A stretch of DNA of 64,000 nucleotides from Candidatus Nomurabacteria bacterium (GCA_020631855.1 JACKGU010000001.1:231601-295600); one strand, 5' to 3'; counted from the stretch's first letter, positions 28,572-38,665 are shown. Numbers and translations are program-made. The notes: generated by a model not told the origin, from the letters alone.

Positions 28572-29006
28572 TTATTCGGCAGCTGCTGTTGCTTCCTCTG
28601 CTGTTTCGGCCAGCTCCTGCGCAATTTCCTCTTTAGTTTCCGCCTCACTGTTCATAGAATCTTTTTCGGGCTGATCCTTATTATCTTCGGCCCCTTTTGT
28701 AGTGTTAGATCCTTCTGTGGCAGAGCTTTCGGATGATTTTTGTTCATTCTGACGTGTATATTTTTTAAATTCGTATTCGCCGTTTAAGAGGGCTGTCACA
28801 GCGTCTGTAACTAGCGCTCCTTTGGATTTCCACTGTTCAACCTTATCTTTATCGATTTCGTATTGTACCGGCTTTACCGAAGGATTGTAGTGGCCTAGAA
28901 TATCTAAATACTTGCCGTTTCTCTTGTCTTTGGTTGTAGACACGACAATCTTAAATGCGTGTGCCTTTTTTCTGCCTATTTTAGCTAATCTTATTGTGAC
29001 TGACAT
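28572..29006 (-). CDS. rpsP: 30S ribosomal protein S16 with about 60-aa acidic C-terminal extension
   Basis: MSVTIRLAKIGRKKAHAFKIVV...GHYNP. Confidence 0.9.
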   Translation of the reverse strand: MSVTIRLAKIGRKKAHAFKIVVSTTKDKRNGKYLDILGHYNPSVKPVQYEIDKDKVEQWKSKGALVTDAVTALLNGEYEFKKYTRQNEQKSSESSATEGSNTTKGAEDNKDQPEKDSMNSEAETKEEIAQELAETAEEATAAAE

Positions 29007-29023
29007 AGTACTAGTGGATTGTA

Positions 29024-29716
29024 TCAGACAGAGGTAAGCTTGTCCAATGCATTTTTAGCTGCACTTTGCTCTGCTTTTTGCTTACTTTTCCCCTCCCCTA
29101 CTCCATACTGTTCCTCGTCTAGATATACTGCCACTCTGAATGTTTTTTCATGGTCAGCGCCCCAAGATTCGAGAACTCTGTAGTATGGAGTAATACCGGT
29201 TTTCTCTTGTGCGGTCTCTTGAAATTTAGATTTAGCGTCTTTATAGGTCTCATCTTCAACTATCTGCTCTACTTTGTAAAATAAGTTTTTTTCAGTAAAT
29301 TGACGGCAAAAATCCAATCCTTTATCAAGATATAGAGCTCCAAGGACGGCTTCAAATGTATTTGCAAGTATATATTCTCTGTCTCGACCGCCCGAAGTTT
29401 CCTCGCCTTTGGACAAAAATAACAATTCTCCGTAACCAAGTCTTCTGGCATCGTGGGCAAGAGATTTTGTACACACTACCGCGGACCTGAAGTTTGTTAG
29501 ATCTCCCTCCGGAGAATTCGGGTACATCTTAAACAGATATTCTGAAGATAGCAATTGGAGTACCGCATCGCCTAAAAATTCCAGTCTTTCGTTGGAAGTG
29601 TTAATTTCTGGATTTTCGTTTAAATAAGACCTGTGTGTAAATGCTTTTTCAAAAACGGCTTCGTTCGCTATTGTTGTTTCGATTATACTTTCAAATTTTT
29701 CTTTATTAAAAGTCAT
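29024..29716 (-). CDS. rnc: Ribonuclease III
   Basis: ERLEFLGDAVL catalytic signature plus a C-terminal dsRBD. Confidence 0.9.
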   Translation of the reverse strand: MTFNKEKFESIIETTIANEAVFEKAFTHRSYLNENPEINTSNERLEFLGDAVLQLLSSEYLFKMYPNSPEGDLTNFRSAVVCTKSLAHDARRLGYGELLFLSKGEETSGGRDREYILANTFEAVLGALYLDKGLDFCRQFTEKNLFYKVEQIVEDETYKDAKSKFQETAQEKTGITPYYRVLESWGADHEKTFRVAVYLDEEQYGVGEGKSKQKAEQSAAKNALDKLTSV

Positions 29717-29749
29717 AAAAATAGTTTCACTATAAGAACTGTGCTTTGA

Positions 29750-29983
29750 CTATTCTAATTTGTCTCCTAAATAATCCATCAGCTCCCCTACTGTTTCAAA
29801 CTCTTGTTTTCTGCTTAATAAATCTTCTATCTCATACATATCTTCGATTTCGGTCAGAATATCAATCAGCTCAAATTCCCCAATATTTAAATCGTCTTCA
29901 AAATAGGAGTCGTCATGTATCTCTTCAATTTCGACTCCTGCCCTGTCTGCTATTAACTCTTTAATTTCTTTTTTATAATTCAT
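29750..29983 (-). CDS. Acyl-carrier-protein homolog lacking the phosphopantetheine-attachment serine
   Basis: Aligns to AcpP ([23 protein letters not shown] versus FEDDLNIGEFELIDILTEIEDMY); the DSL motif is replaced by EFE. It lies upstream of rnc, as acpA does in Bacillus. Confidence 0.7.
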   Translation of the reverse strand: MNYKKEIKELIADRAGVEIEEIHDDSYFEDDLNIGEFELIDILTEIEDMYEIEDLLSRKQEFETVGELMDYLGDKLE

Positions 29984-30019
29984 ATTATTCTGTTTATAAT
30001 CTATCTCGGTGTGTTCCGA

Positions 30020-30478
30020 TTAATTATGAACCTCTTTCTTTTCTAAATCTACTACTGCACCTAATACCCCATTAATAAATTTACTGGATGTATCATTTCC
30101 GAACTCCTTGCTAAGTTCAATTGCTTCGTCAATAGCAACCTTTTGTGGCGTGTTGCTGTTGTAAAGGATCTCAAACACAGAAATTCGCAGGATTATTAAA
30201 TCAATTTTTGATATTTTGTCAACCGGCCATTCGGGAGCACAGTATGAAATTGTCCCATCGATTTTATCTGTTTCTTTCTGTACGCCATTTAATATCTCAA
30301 AAAGAAGCCGCTGGTCATAAGATTTATCTTTTTCCCCAAGCACATCCTCGGCCGTCTCTATGGTATTTTCGATAGAGTAGGTTGAGTCTGGATCCGCCTC
30401 CTGTTGCTGGGGCATGCTAAATAGTACTGCTACCGCGAGTCTTCTGGCGCTGTGTCTGGGATCTTTAGTGTTTTTCAT
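30020..30478 (-). CDS. nusB: Transcription antitermination factor NusB
   Basis: RHSARRLAVAVLF and FINGVLGAV motifs. Confidence 0.8.
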   Translation of the reverse strand: MKNTKDPRHSARRLAVAVLFSMPQQQEADPDSTYSIENTIETAEDVLGEKDKSYDQRLLFEILNGVQKETDKIDGTISYCAPEWPVDKISKIDLIILRISVFEILYNSNTPQKVAIDEAIELSKEFGNDTSSKFINGVLGAVVDLEKKEVHN

Positions 30479-30622
30479 CGGCAGTTGCCCTTGTTAATTT
30501 TTGTACGCAGACCATATTTCATGAAACTAAATAGCTGTATTTAGTTCAATTCTTCTCTCATATTGCCATTTTAAGTGCAATTTGGCTCTGTATTAGTTTG
30601 CGATGTAACAGAACAGAACAGA

Positions 30623-30775
30623 CTATTCCTTACCGCAAGAGTCACAAACTCTGTGAGGGAGTTTTTGAGCTTTACAATGCTCGCACTGTACGGTTTGTAC
30701 AACTTGTTGCTGCATCTTTTCGTCTCTTTTTCTTCGGACTCTTCCTTTACTATGTTTTCTTTTAGGTCTTGGCAT
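30623..30775 (-). CDS. rpmF: 50S ribosomal protein L32 (not in ORF track, below 60 aa)
   Basis: Manual translation gives MPRPKRKHSKGRVRRKRDEKMQQQVVQTVQCEHCKAQKLPHRVCDSCGKE, which is the L32 zinc-ribbon signature. Confidence 0.85.
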   Translation of the reverse strand: MPRPKRKHSKGRVRRKRDEKMQQQVVQTVQCEHCKAQKLPHRVCDSCGKE

Positions 30776-31000
30776 ACCCTAGTAAAGTACCACTATAAGG
30801 ATGAATTAGCAAGAGGTTTTGAGAGCTTGGTATGCGAGAAGAACTGGGGCGGGGGTTTTAGCGGCTTGAGTCATTTACTCGTTTGTCAAGAAGATGAAAT
30901 TTTTTCGTTGATTCGGTGTTGCCAGCGCAGAGTTCCATGTACTGGAATATTTTTTTGCGTAGCTTATCGTTTCTTAGTCTGTATGGGACCTTAAGGGCAC

Positions 31001-32674
31001 CTATGTGTTACGAACTGTATTAGGTAATAATAAGGCTTTAACTATTTTTTCCACTCTTTGAGCGGGATTTTCTTTTTTAGGTTCACCGGCTACTAATGCT
31101 ACATCTTCAATAGCATGGGGCTGCGATCGTGGATTGCTTATAAATAAACCCTCTATCAAATCTAAATCTAAGAAAGAAAGATCTTGTTGTTGTTCAGGAG
31201 TAGGATTATTTACATCTCGCATGTATGTACTGCCACCGTCTAAAGATACCGTACGCTTGTATTCCCAGCCAGTTCTATCTGGTTTATATTTGTGTCTCAT
31301 TGTAATTTCCACATCACCTTTAGATATAATCAGTGTATGAAAATCCCCCTCTTTTTCAGCGAGCTTTATTCTAACACCCTCTGTACTTACTGTAATAACT
31401 TGCACTACTCTTCTTTCTGATTTAATACCAGTATCATACCCAGCATTGGCAACGGTGGTATGAGAAAGAGTCGCTTCCACATAATCTGCTGTGTTTAGTT
31501 CTGGTATCCAACGAGCAGCAATATCTACGTTACACGCTTTTCCATCACAGCTGGCCCCATAAAGATGAGTCACCTCTGTATTTTGAGGTTGTTCACCTTG
31601 TTCACCTTGTTCCTCTAACTTTCTGGCAAAGAAAGGGAAACAAGGCTCATCCGGACCATTCCTGTCATGGCGAGTTGTCGTAGAAGCTACATCAAGAAGT
31701 GAGTCCTTGGCCGTTTTCTCGCACACGGCAAGTGCCGGAAATCTTGCCTTATCCTTAGGGGTAATTATACGAGAAATATTTGCTCCGGCGGCTACAAGCA
31801 GTCTATTTAACAGTGCGGTCTGTTCTTCATCCCTGTCTTTAAGTCCAGCGCTGTCAGACATTTTGATAAAACCTCGTACTAGAGAGTATATAGAAGGTAC
31901 GCCCAAATCCTGTAACTTAGCAATTCGTTCTATCGCATATTGCGGCAAAGTTTCTATTTCCCTTGTTAAATTATAATACAATCTTGCTGTCTCAGGGCCG
32001 CACCGCTTATAAATATCTATGATTGTCAAAATATTGTGTTCAGCTTTGAGCGGGCTTTCTGGATACTGAATTCTGCCAGCATCAAGGTCTGTTTTTGCAA
32101 GTACAAGCAGGGCCATAAGAGCCTCTGCGTGGGGTAGGGTTTCGAGCAAAGCAAGATCTCCATTGAGTTTCAAAATTTTGGGTAACCTTCTATTTAAAAC
32201 ATCGGGAAATGGCAGTTGCCGCAATAATTGAGCGACTCTCGTGTTAAAATTAGGACTCTGTTCGGCTAAAATTTCTCGCTCTCTACCTGTTTCGAGTTCG
32301 GCAAGCAGGTTCTCACGAGAACCAATATAGGATGTCCCGTCGCCCTGTTTTTTTAGTATTACTGTCTTGCCTTCCTCCGATCCATCCTTGACATTAAAAA
32401 TTATGGTAACCGCTCCGTGTTTTCCTGGTCCCCCCTTTTCTGTGCGAATAGTGAGGGAGCCTTGGTCTCCACTTAGCCCAAAGGTTTGTTCTACTTTATT
32501 AGCGTCTGTGGGTTCAGTAGAGATCATAAAAGGTTTTAATAAACTCATGTTCTCATTGTAACAAGAACAATTTATGCTGTAAACCTCTCTTGAAACTAAG
32601 TCTGTTGCGTAAGTGCCGTAAGACCATAGAACAAATTTGTAGTTAGCACCCTTGCTGCTGTAAGATAGAGACAC
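31001..32674 (-). CDS. Hypothetical protein, 557 aa, in a GC-rich islet; no recognisable domains
   Basis: Long uninterrupted ORF with GC visibly higher than neighbours. The start may be the internal Met (MSLLKPF). Confidence 0.55.
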   Translation of the reverse strand: MSLSYSSKGANYKFVLWSYGTYATDLVSREVYSINCSCYNENMSLLKPFMISTEPTDANKVEQTFGLSGDQGSLTIRTEKGGPGKHGAVTIIFNVKDGSEEGKTVILKKQGDGTSYIGSRENLLAELETGREREILAEQSPNFNTRVAQLLRQLPFPDVLNRRLPKILKLNGDLALLETLPHAEALMALLVLAKTDLDAGRIQYPESPLKAEHNILTIIDIYKRCGPETARLYYNLTREIETLPQYAIERIAKLQDLGVPSIYSLVRGFIKMSDSAGLKDRDEEQTALLNRLLVAAGANISRIITPKDKARFPALAVCEKTAKDSLLDVASTTTRHDRNGPDEPCFPFFARKLEEQGEQGEQPQNTEVTHLYGASCDGKACNVDIAARWIPELNTADYVEATLSHTTVANAGYDTGIKSERRVVQVITVSTEGVRIKLAEKEGDFHTLIISKGDVEITMRHKYKPDRTGWEYKRTVSLDGGSTYMRDVNNPTPEQQQDLSFLDLDLIEGLFISNPRSQPHAIEDVALVAGEPKKENPAQRVEKIVKALLLPNTVRNT

Positions 32675-32742
32675 CCCTCTCGTTAAATAAGGTCTTAGTT
32701 CACAACAGTGAGAAAAAATTTCAGATATAGCTTTATAGTATC

Positions 32743-33300
32743 TTATTTCCCAAAACCAATAATGCTTAAAAAACTCTCCCCGTATTTTCTGGATTGCAGA
32801 ATCTTTAGGCTTGTTCCTATAAGCTGTTCCTCCAAATTCAGGTCCTTGGAATGAGAAAAAGCTATCAAGCCCCCCTTTTCTAGTATTTCCGCTAAATTTT
32901 TTAATAAAAATTTATGTTTCAAATCGCTATAAAAAGGATCGCAGAAAATAACATTGTATTTTTTGTATATATTAGCAATGTATTTTATGCAATCGCTGTG
33001 AAATATTTGTGCTAGATCCTGAAGTCCGCATGTTGATAGATTTTCTTGAATTGTAGTAATTGCTCTTTTGTTATGATCTACAAAATCGCAATGTTTTGCC
33101 CCTCTGCTTAGCGCCTCAATTCCGGCACTACCTGAGCCCGCGAAAAGGTCTAAACAGTTTGCATTTACTATTTTCTCACCAATAATGTTGAAAAGGGCTT
33201 GTTTAAAAACATCCTTATGAACCCTTATTCCTTCGATGTCGGGTATTTTCAGTTTTCTATTTTTTGCAGTTCCTGACGTGACTCTAGTTGTAATATCCAT
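32743..33300 (-). CDS. rsmD: 16S rRNA (guanine966-N2)-methyltransferase RsmD
   Basis: DLFAGSGSAGIEALSRGA and DPFY motifs. Confidence 0.85.
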   Translation of the reverse strand: MDITTRVTSGTAKNRKLKIPDIEGIRVHKDVFKQALFNIIGEKIVNANCLDLFAGSGSAGIEALSRGAKHCDFVDHNKRAITTIQENLSTCGLQDLAQIFHSDCIKYIANIYKKYNVIFCDPFYSDLKHKFLLKNLAEILEKGGLIAFSHSKDLNLEEQLIGTSLKILQSRKYGESFLSIIGFGK

Positions 33301-33303
33301 GTG

Positions 33304-35322
33304 TTAATTAGATACAGCCATAGAGGCATGTTCGTCAAGTTTCTGTTTCAAATTAGGTAAGTCCTCCAGTTGGCCGTAAAGCTCTTCCGCCGCCTTTTTA
33401 GCTGTTCTAACGGCTTTCAGATCACTAAAATCGGCGTATTTAAAGTTTTTAAATCCATGTTGTTGGGTTCCGTAAATGTTTCCTTGACCTCTGTATTTCA
33501 TATCTATTTCTGCCAGTTTTAGCCCCGAGCTTGTGATTTCTAAATTTTTTAATCTTGTATAGGAATTTTTTGAATATCCCGACATGAACAAGAAGCAGAA
33601 TCCTTCTTTTGCTCCTCTTCCAACCCTTCCTCGTAGTTGATGCAATGAGGCCAGCCCATAACGTTCCGCACTTTCTATCACAATTATTGTAGCCTCGGGA
33701 ATATCGACTCCCACTTCAATCACCGGTGTCGAGATTAAAAACTTTATTTTACCTGTGCGAAAATTGTCTAAGGTTTGATTTTTCTCTTTTTCACTCATAC
33801 GCCCATGCAACAACCCAACGGCCTTGCCCTTTAGACTGCCTTGTTGAAGCCGCTGAAACTCCGTTTCAGCGGCCCTAATATTCTCAAAATCCTCATTTGT
33901 GGAAGATTCAATAAATGGGCAAACTATAAACGTAGGTTCGTTTCTCTTTCTAATCCATTCAAATACCTTATTTCTCTGAGACTCGGAGATTACTTTTGTT
34001 GTAATCTTTTTTTCTGTATTCGGTACAGTATCTAAAGTAGAAATTTCAAGATGTCCGTATATAGTGAGTGCTAAGGTTCGAGGTATGGGTGTTGCCGTCA
34101 TAGACAAAAGATGGGGTTTTATTTCATTTGTTCCCATGACTTTTGATCTTTGTTCGACTCCGAATCGGTGTTGTTCGTCAATAATTACAAGTCCCAAATT
34201 TTTGACCCCTTTTTTTAAGTGAAGTAATGCGTGAGTTCCAATTATTATGCTTGGTGTGCTTTCTTCGATAGGCTGTTTCTCGCTGCCCGTTATAAGCAGA
34301 ACTTTAATCCCCAAAGGTTCTAGAAATTTTTTAAATGTTGAATAGTGCTGTTGGGCTAAAATTCCTGTTGGCGCCATGTATATTGTGCTGTGCCCGTTTA
34401 GTAAAGTATTATATGCTGCTGCAACAGCAACAATGGTTTTACCTGAGCCAACGTCCCCCTCAAGGAGTCTGTTCATAGGTCGTTCCCTATCCGTGTCATT
34501 TAGAATTTCTTCTATAGCTTTTTCCTGGGAATTTGTTAATGAAAACCCAAGATTTTTTGTAAAGTTAGATACATCAAGTTTTTTATAATCAAGCCTGTAT
34601 GCTGAAAAGGCGCTTTTCCACGTATCCTTTGTCTTTTGAACTTTAAGCAGCTCTATAACCAACTCTCTAAATGCTAAACTCTTCTCTGCTTGGGAGATGT
34701 CTTGTGTACCTTCTGGCATGTGCAGGTGGCATAATGCGGTAGGCAGGTCTAGAAGATTGTATTCTGAAAGTAATTTTTCCGGCAAATATTCCCCTATAGC
34801 CCCTTCTTCTAAAAGTTTTGGTAAAATGTCGTTAATCCTAGACCTCAGCCACTTTGAAGTTAGGCCTGCTGTTTCAGGATAAATTGGTACAATCCTTGCA
34901 GTACTAACCCCTTGTTTATCGATTTCTTCAAATTGTGGAGAAGGCATAGATATTTTATTATTGAAGACTTGAACTTTCCCGCTAAAGTAATATTCATTTT
35001 CTAGTTTTATGCTTTTTGCAATATATTGTTGATTAAACCAAACAACCTCAACTTTTCCCGATGAGTCCCCTACTACGGCCTTCGTAAGACGTTTGCCGGT
35101 TTTGGTATAAATATTGTCTATTTTGTTTATTTTGGCCTTTATGGTCACATTTTTATCTGGTTCCAGTTCGGCAATATTGGTTATTTTTGAATAGTCTTCG
35201 TATCTAATCGGTCGGTGGTAAAGTAAATCTTCTATGGAGTATATACCGAGTTTTGCCAGCAAATCTTTGTATTTTGGGCCGATTTTTGCTATTGTAGCCA
35301 CATTAGAGCTTATTTTATGCAT
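33304..35322 (-). CDS. recG: ATP-dependent DNA helicase RecG
   Basis: Wedge domain, Walker A GDVGSGKT, DEQHRFG, TATPIPRTLAL. Confidence 0.9.
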   Translation of the reverse strand: MHKISSNVATIAKIGPKYKDLLAKLGIYSIEDLLYHRPIRYEDYSKITNIAELEPDKNVTIKAKINKIDNIYTKTGKRLTKAVVGDSSGKVEVVWFNQQYIAKSIKLENEYYFSGKVQVFNNKISMPSPQFEEIDKQGVSTARIVPIYPETAGLTSKWLRSRINDILPKLLEEGAIGEYLPEKLLSEYNLLDLPTALCHLHMPEGTQDISQAEKSLAFRELVIELLKVQKTKDTWKSAFSAYRLDYKKLDVSNFTKNLGFSLTNSQEKAIEEILNDTDRERPMNRLLEGDVGSGKTIVAVAAAYNTLLNGHSTIYMAPTGILAQQHYSTFKKFLEPLGIKVLLITGSEKQPIEESTPSIIIGTHALLHLKKGVKNLGLVIIDEQHRFGVEQRSKVMGTNEIKPHLLSMTATPIPRTLALTIYGHLEISTLDTVPNTEKKITTKVISESQRNKVFEWIRKRNEPTFIVCPFIESSTNEDFENIRAAETEFQRLQQGSLKGKAVGLLHGRMSEKEKNQTLDNFRTGKIKFLISTPVIEVGVDIPEATIIVIESAERYGLASLHQLRGRVGRGAKEGFCFLFMSGYSKNSYTRLKNLEITSSGLKLAEIDMKYRGQGNIYGTQQHGFKNFKYADFSDLKAVRTAKKAAEELYGQLEDLPNLKQKLDEHASMAVSN

Positions 35323-35351
35323 ATTATTATTTTATCGTATCATTTAATTTT

Positions 35352-35470
35352 ATAATTTCGTTAATTAAAACTACTCGCGTTAGCTAGTAGATGCAGTTTA
35401 CTCAACATGCGGGGCTTTGCAACTTAAAGAAATTACAGCAAACCGCCCGCGTAAGCTGGCGGTAGTTGAT
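35352..35470 (+). repeat. Copy E of the ~119-bp double-hairpin repeat, 30 bp upstream of the recG start
   Basis: ATAATTTCGTTAATTAAAACTACTCGCGTTAGCTAGTAG...CCGCCCGCGTAAGCTGGCGGTAGTTGAT. Both hairpins are intact, with compensatory substitutions relative to A and B. Confidence 0.85.
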
Positions 35471-35506
35471 TATTTTAATTAAATTGTACTGTGATTTTAG
35501 GATTTT

Positions 35507-36343
35507 ATGAATCTTGAACCTAGTTTCAGTCCCAAAGGGACGAGGGAAAGACACTACGAATTTAATGGCGCCGACGGTGACCTTTTTGGTTTTACAGTTG
35601 ACCACATTGAGCAAGTAAATCCTTCACGAGGTTACATGAGCGCTTTATCAAGAGCTGAGATCGGCAAAGGCTCTGCCTCCTTAACTATCGAGGTGGTTCA
35701 TCACGCAGGCTTTCCCCGCTCAAATCTTATTGATGCTCAAGGGGCAGATGAGAGAGGTCTAATCTCACTACCTTTTTCCTCGCTATTCTTTGCATTAAAG
35801 GTTTCTCGGCCCTTGCAGGCTGTTGAAATTGACTACCTAAATCAAAGTGCTCCTGGAGATACAGCAGAAATAATTAGTGCGCATCGAGCGTTCTTGTTAC
35901 AAGGAAATCTAGTTCCCCTCATCACGCCCGTCTCGGGAATTCATGCATTGGAAATAACTCGCAAAGACAATAAAACAGGATTCTACCCTCAACCTGGATC
36001 TGGGTTTCATGGATATTCTGCATACATTCCCACAAGAGCTTTTCAGGGCTATGTAGTGACAACTATAGACCCTGCTTTAATGCGTAGACTTTTTCATCCA
36101 GTTTATGAAAGCTCTCGCATTGTTGGAGCCGATACGATTTGCGGTTCTACATATGTAAGACCCATAAACATTATTAGGCCCGATCAATTGTATTTACTTG
36201 ACAGTCAAGCATTTTGGAATTTGTTGCCGGCGTTTCGTGATGGCGGGATATTATACGGTCGTGAGAAACCTAGGCAAAATATACCCCTAAATATTAGGGA
36301 ATTGACTTTTCCAGTTTGTGTTTTGCCCGATCTGAAGTTTTAA
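35507..36343 (+). CDS. Hypothetical protein (278 aa), GC-rich islet
   Basis: Long ORF, about 47% GC by eye, no recognisable motifs. Confidence 0.5.
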   Translation: MNLEPSFSPKGTRERHYEFNGADGDLFGFTVDHIEQVNPSRGYMSALSRAEIGKGSASLTIEVVHHAGFPRSNLIDAQGADERGLISLPFSSLFFALKVSRPLQAVEIDYLNQSAPGDTAEIISAHRAFLLQGNLVPLITPVSGIHALEITRKDNKTGFYPQPGSGFHGYSAYIPTRAFQGYVVTTIDPALMRRLFHPVYESSRIVGADTICGSTYVRPINIIRPDQLYLLDSQAFWNLLPAFRDGGILYGREKPRQNIPLNIRELTFPVCVLPDLKF

Positions 36344-36528
36344 TAGCTGCAGTACCTTTAAGATTAGTTTTTCGGTTATTGTTAGTACGGCTCTTGTAAT
36401 TATAAAATTATCAATTAATTCTATTTTCTTTCTTTTTTAATAAGATTTTGCCCATAAGAAATTTTGAGGGTTTGGGGTTTAGCTTTTTTCTCTTTCTTAT
36501 TATTCTTCTGTTATAATTCTAACGTTAT

Positions 36529-37104
36529 ATGGCAATTTTTGAAGGTGAAACTCCTTATACAAATAGCACCAGATTTGAGTTAATCGAGCAAGGTACAGGT
36601 GGTGTCAAAATTATAGTTTATATTGCTGGTAAAGCAGGGGTGGGGCTAGAAATAGAGGCTGAAATTTTGAGGTTTTATGGCCCCAGCCCAGCTGTTGCAA
36701 GAGGGGGCGATTTGTTTGTTTCCTCTGTAAGGACCACTACTGGTTTCGGGTTAGAAATTTTCTCACCTAAAGCTGTTTTACCTGCCACCACTGGTTCTTC
36801 CGGCCCTTTTCAATTGCGTCCAAAAATTCTGGAACTGCCTCTCTGGTTTACTCAAGATAAAGGTAAGGATACTGCTCGATCTAACAACCATTTCGATGTT
36901 ACTTATTTATCAATTTTAGCAACTCAACCTGAAGCAAGTCTTGTTGGGTATGACGAAAATCTTCGAAGATGGCGCTTTAATGATCCTAAAGTTAAAGTAA
37001 ACGTGGGTTTGTTTAATCAGATCATTTTACAACGCCAGCATGACGAGATATTTTATCGTGACGGTTTACCTCCCCGAAAATACATCTTGCAAAGGAATAT
37101 TTGA
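36529..37104 (+). CDS. Hypothetical protein (191 aa), GC-rich islet
   Basis: ORF co-oriented with the 35507 gene; no recognisable motifs. Confidence 0.45.
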   Translation: MAIFEGETPYTNSTRFELIEQGTGGVKIIVYIAGKAGVGLEIEAEILRFYGPSPAVARGGDLFVSSVRTTTGFGLEIFSPKAVLPATTGSSGPFQLRPKILELPLWFTQDKGKDTARSNNHFDVTYLSILATQPEASLVGYDENLRRWRFNDPKVKVNVGLFNQIILQRQHDEIFYRDGLPPRKYILQRNI

Positions 37105-37364
37105 GATTGCTTTAAATCACATAAGGCAATACACTCGTAGCAATAATACTCAAAGTGCAAAGAATAACAATAAACTTAACAAGATTTTTTTTGTTAAAGA
37201 TCCGCTTAAGTTTTTTGCTTCTATAAAACTTAAACTTTTTTTTATGTCCCGGTAATGATATTAGATCCATAACGCCCCTGAGCGTGGGTAGTTTTTTATT
37301 TTCTTTTAAGATTTTTTTAAACACTGCGCTATTCCTATAAATAAATTTTTTCGTAGTTTTATGA

Positions 37365-38564
37365 CTATTCCAGTCTTATAAAAGTACGTTTTCCAAATTT
37401 AATAATATCGCCTTTTATAAACTTATGCACTGAGTTGGGTTCTGTTACTTTGTTGCCATTCAGTTCAAGTCCTCCTTGAGATATTGTTCTTTTTATTTCT
37501 CCTGACGAGAATTTATTTCCAAGTTCTTTTCTTATAAAATCAAGAATGGTTTGACTTCCGGTGCTTGTGCTTTGAGTAAAAAGCTCTTCTGAGATTTCTT
37601 TATTTTGCACAGTTTCTTCAAAGACCCTTGCTGCGGTTTTTGCGTCTTCTGTGGAGTGGTAAAATGTGACTATTTCTTCGGCCAACATTTTTTTAAAGAT
37701 CATTGGGTTTGCACCGTTATTCATTTCTTTCTTCATTTTCTCTATGTCCTCTAAAGGTATCCTTGTAGAAAGTTCAAAGTAATCGAATATAACCTCGTCG
37801 ACAATTGACATCACCATTCCATACATGTCAATTGCGGATGCAGTAACTGGTATAAAATTCTTTAGGCTTTTTCCCATTGGTCGGCCATCGCTTCCGGTAA
37901 GCAATTTCATAACTACTGCGGATTGAGGCTTCAAATTAAACGCGGGCATTAATTTTCTTCCGGCTAAGAGGTTAAAAGTCTGGTCTGTACCTCCCATCTC
38001 TACATCTGCTTTTAGTACGACCGAATCGTACCCTTGCATTAAGGGATACAAGAATTCATCGAGCCCGATTGGTTTGTTTGCTTTGTAACGCAACATAAAA
38101 GTTTCTCTGTCTAGCATTTGGGAAACAGTAAACTGCTTTGCTAGGTTGATGATCTGATTAAAGTCTAAAGGTTTTAACCACTCAGAGTTATGTCTTATTT
38201 CTACCTGTTCGGGAATTACTGTTTTAAAAAATTGCTCTACATATGTTTTTTCATTTTCGGCTATGTCGTGTGTGTTAGTTTCATCTCGCATGTCTACTTT
38301 ATCGGAATGATCGCCTATTAAAGTTGTAAAGTCTCCTATTATCAAAGTTACTCTATGCCCAAGTTCCTGAAAATCTCTTATTTTTCTTTGTACAACCGCA
38401 TGCCCCAAATGAATAAGAGGGCCTGTAACATCAATTCCTAATTTTATGTGAAGTTGTTTTCCTGATAAGAGTTTTTCTTCCAATTCTTTGTAGGTGAATA
38501 TTTCGTGCACTCCCCTAGTTAGTATGTCTTTAATTTTCTCTTTGTCGGTACTGACTTTTGACAT
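37365..38564 (-). CDS. tyrS: Tyrosyl-tRNA synthetase with C-terminal S4 domain
   Basis: HIGH-type motif HLGHAV, KMSKS-like PMGKS, S4-like C-terminus. Confidence 0.8.
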   Translation of the reverse strand: MSKVSTDKEKIKDILTRGVHEIFTYKELEEKLLSGKQLHIKLGIDVTGPLIHLGHAVVQRKIRDFQELGHRVTLIIGDFTTLIGDHSDKVDMRDETNTHDIAENEKTYVEQFFKTVIPEQVEIRHNSEWLKPLDFNQIINLAKQFTVSQMLDRETFMLRYKANKPIGLDEFLYPLMQGYDSVVLKADVEMGGTDQTFNLLAGRKLMPAFNLKPQSAVVMKLLTGSDGRPMGKSLKNFIPVTASAIDMYGMVMSIVDEVIFDYFELSTRIPLEDIEKMKKEMNNGANPMIFKKMLAEEIVTFYHSTEDAKTAARVFEETVQNKEISEELFTQSTSTGSQTILDFIRKELGNKFSSGEIKRTISQGGLELNGNKVTEPNSVHKFIKGDIIKFGKRTFIRLE

Positions 38565-38665
38565 TGAGTAATTATAGCATTATGCAAAGATATTTCGCAT
38601 AACCAAATCTGTATCAAATACCTACAATTAAGGAGCTTTGTTCATAAATGTTATAATTACCTGAT

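Noticed and set aside
30575-30994. Track plus-strand ORF of 139 aa
   Set aside because: The opposite strand encodes a clear 50-aa ribosomal protein L32 (rpmF, 30623-30775). The plus-strand ORF has no homology or RBS and is probably spurious. No DUF177/YceD gene was found upstream of rpmF either.
2664-35470. Considered whether the recurring ~119-bp repeats are a CRISPR array or the TR/VR pair of a diversity-generating retroelement
   Set aside because: Copies are tens of kb apart, with one tandem pair and no regular spacers, and at 119 bp they are far longer than CRISPR repeats. No cas gene or reverse transcriptase is in the window. Substitutions between copies are mixed transitions and are not adenine-specific.
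37112-37324. 70-aa Lys-rich minus-strand ORF in the tyrS downstream spacer
   Set aside because: It sits in AT-rich low-complexity sequence (poly-A/T runs), has no RBS or homology, and is likely spurious.
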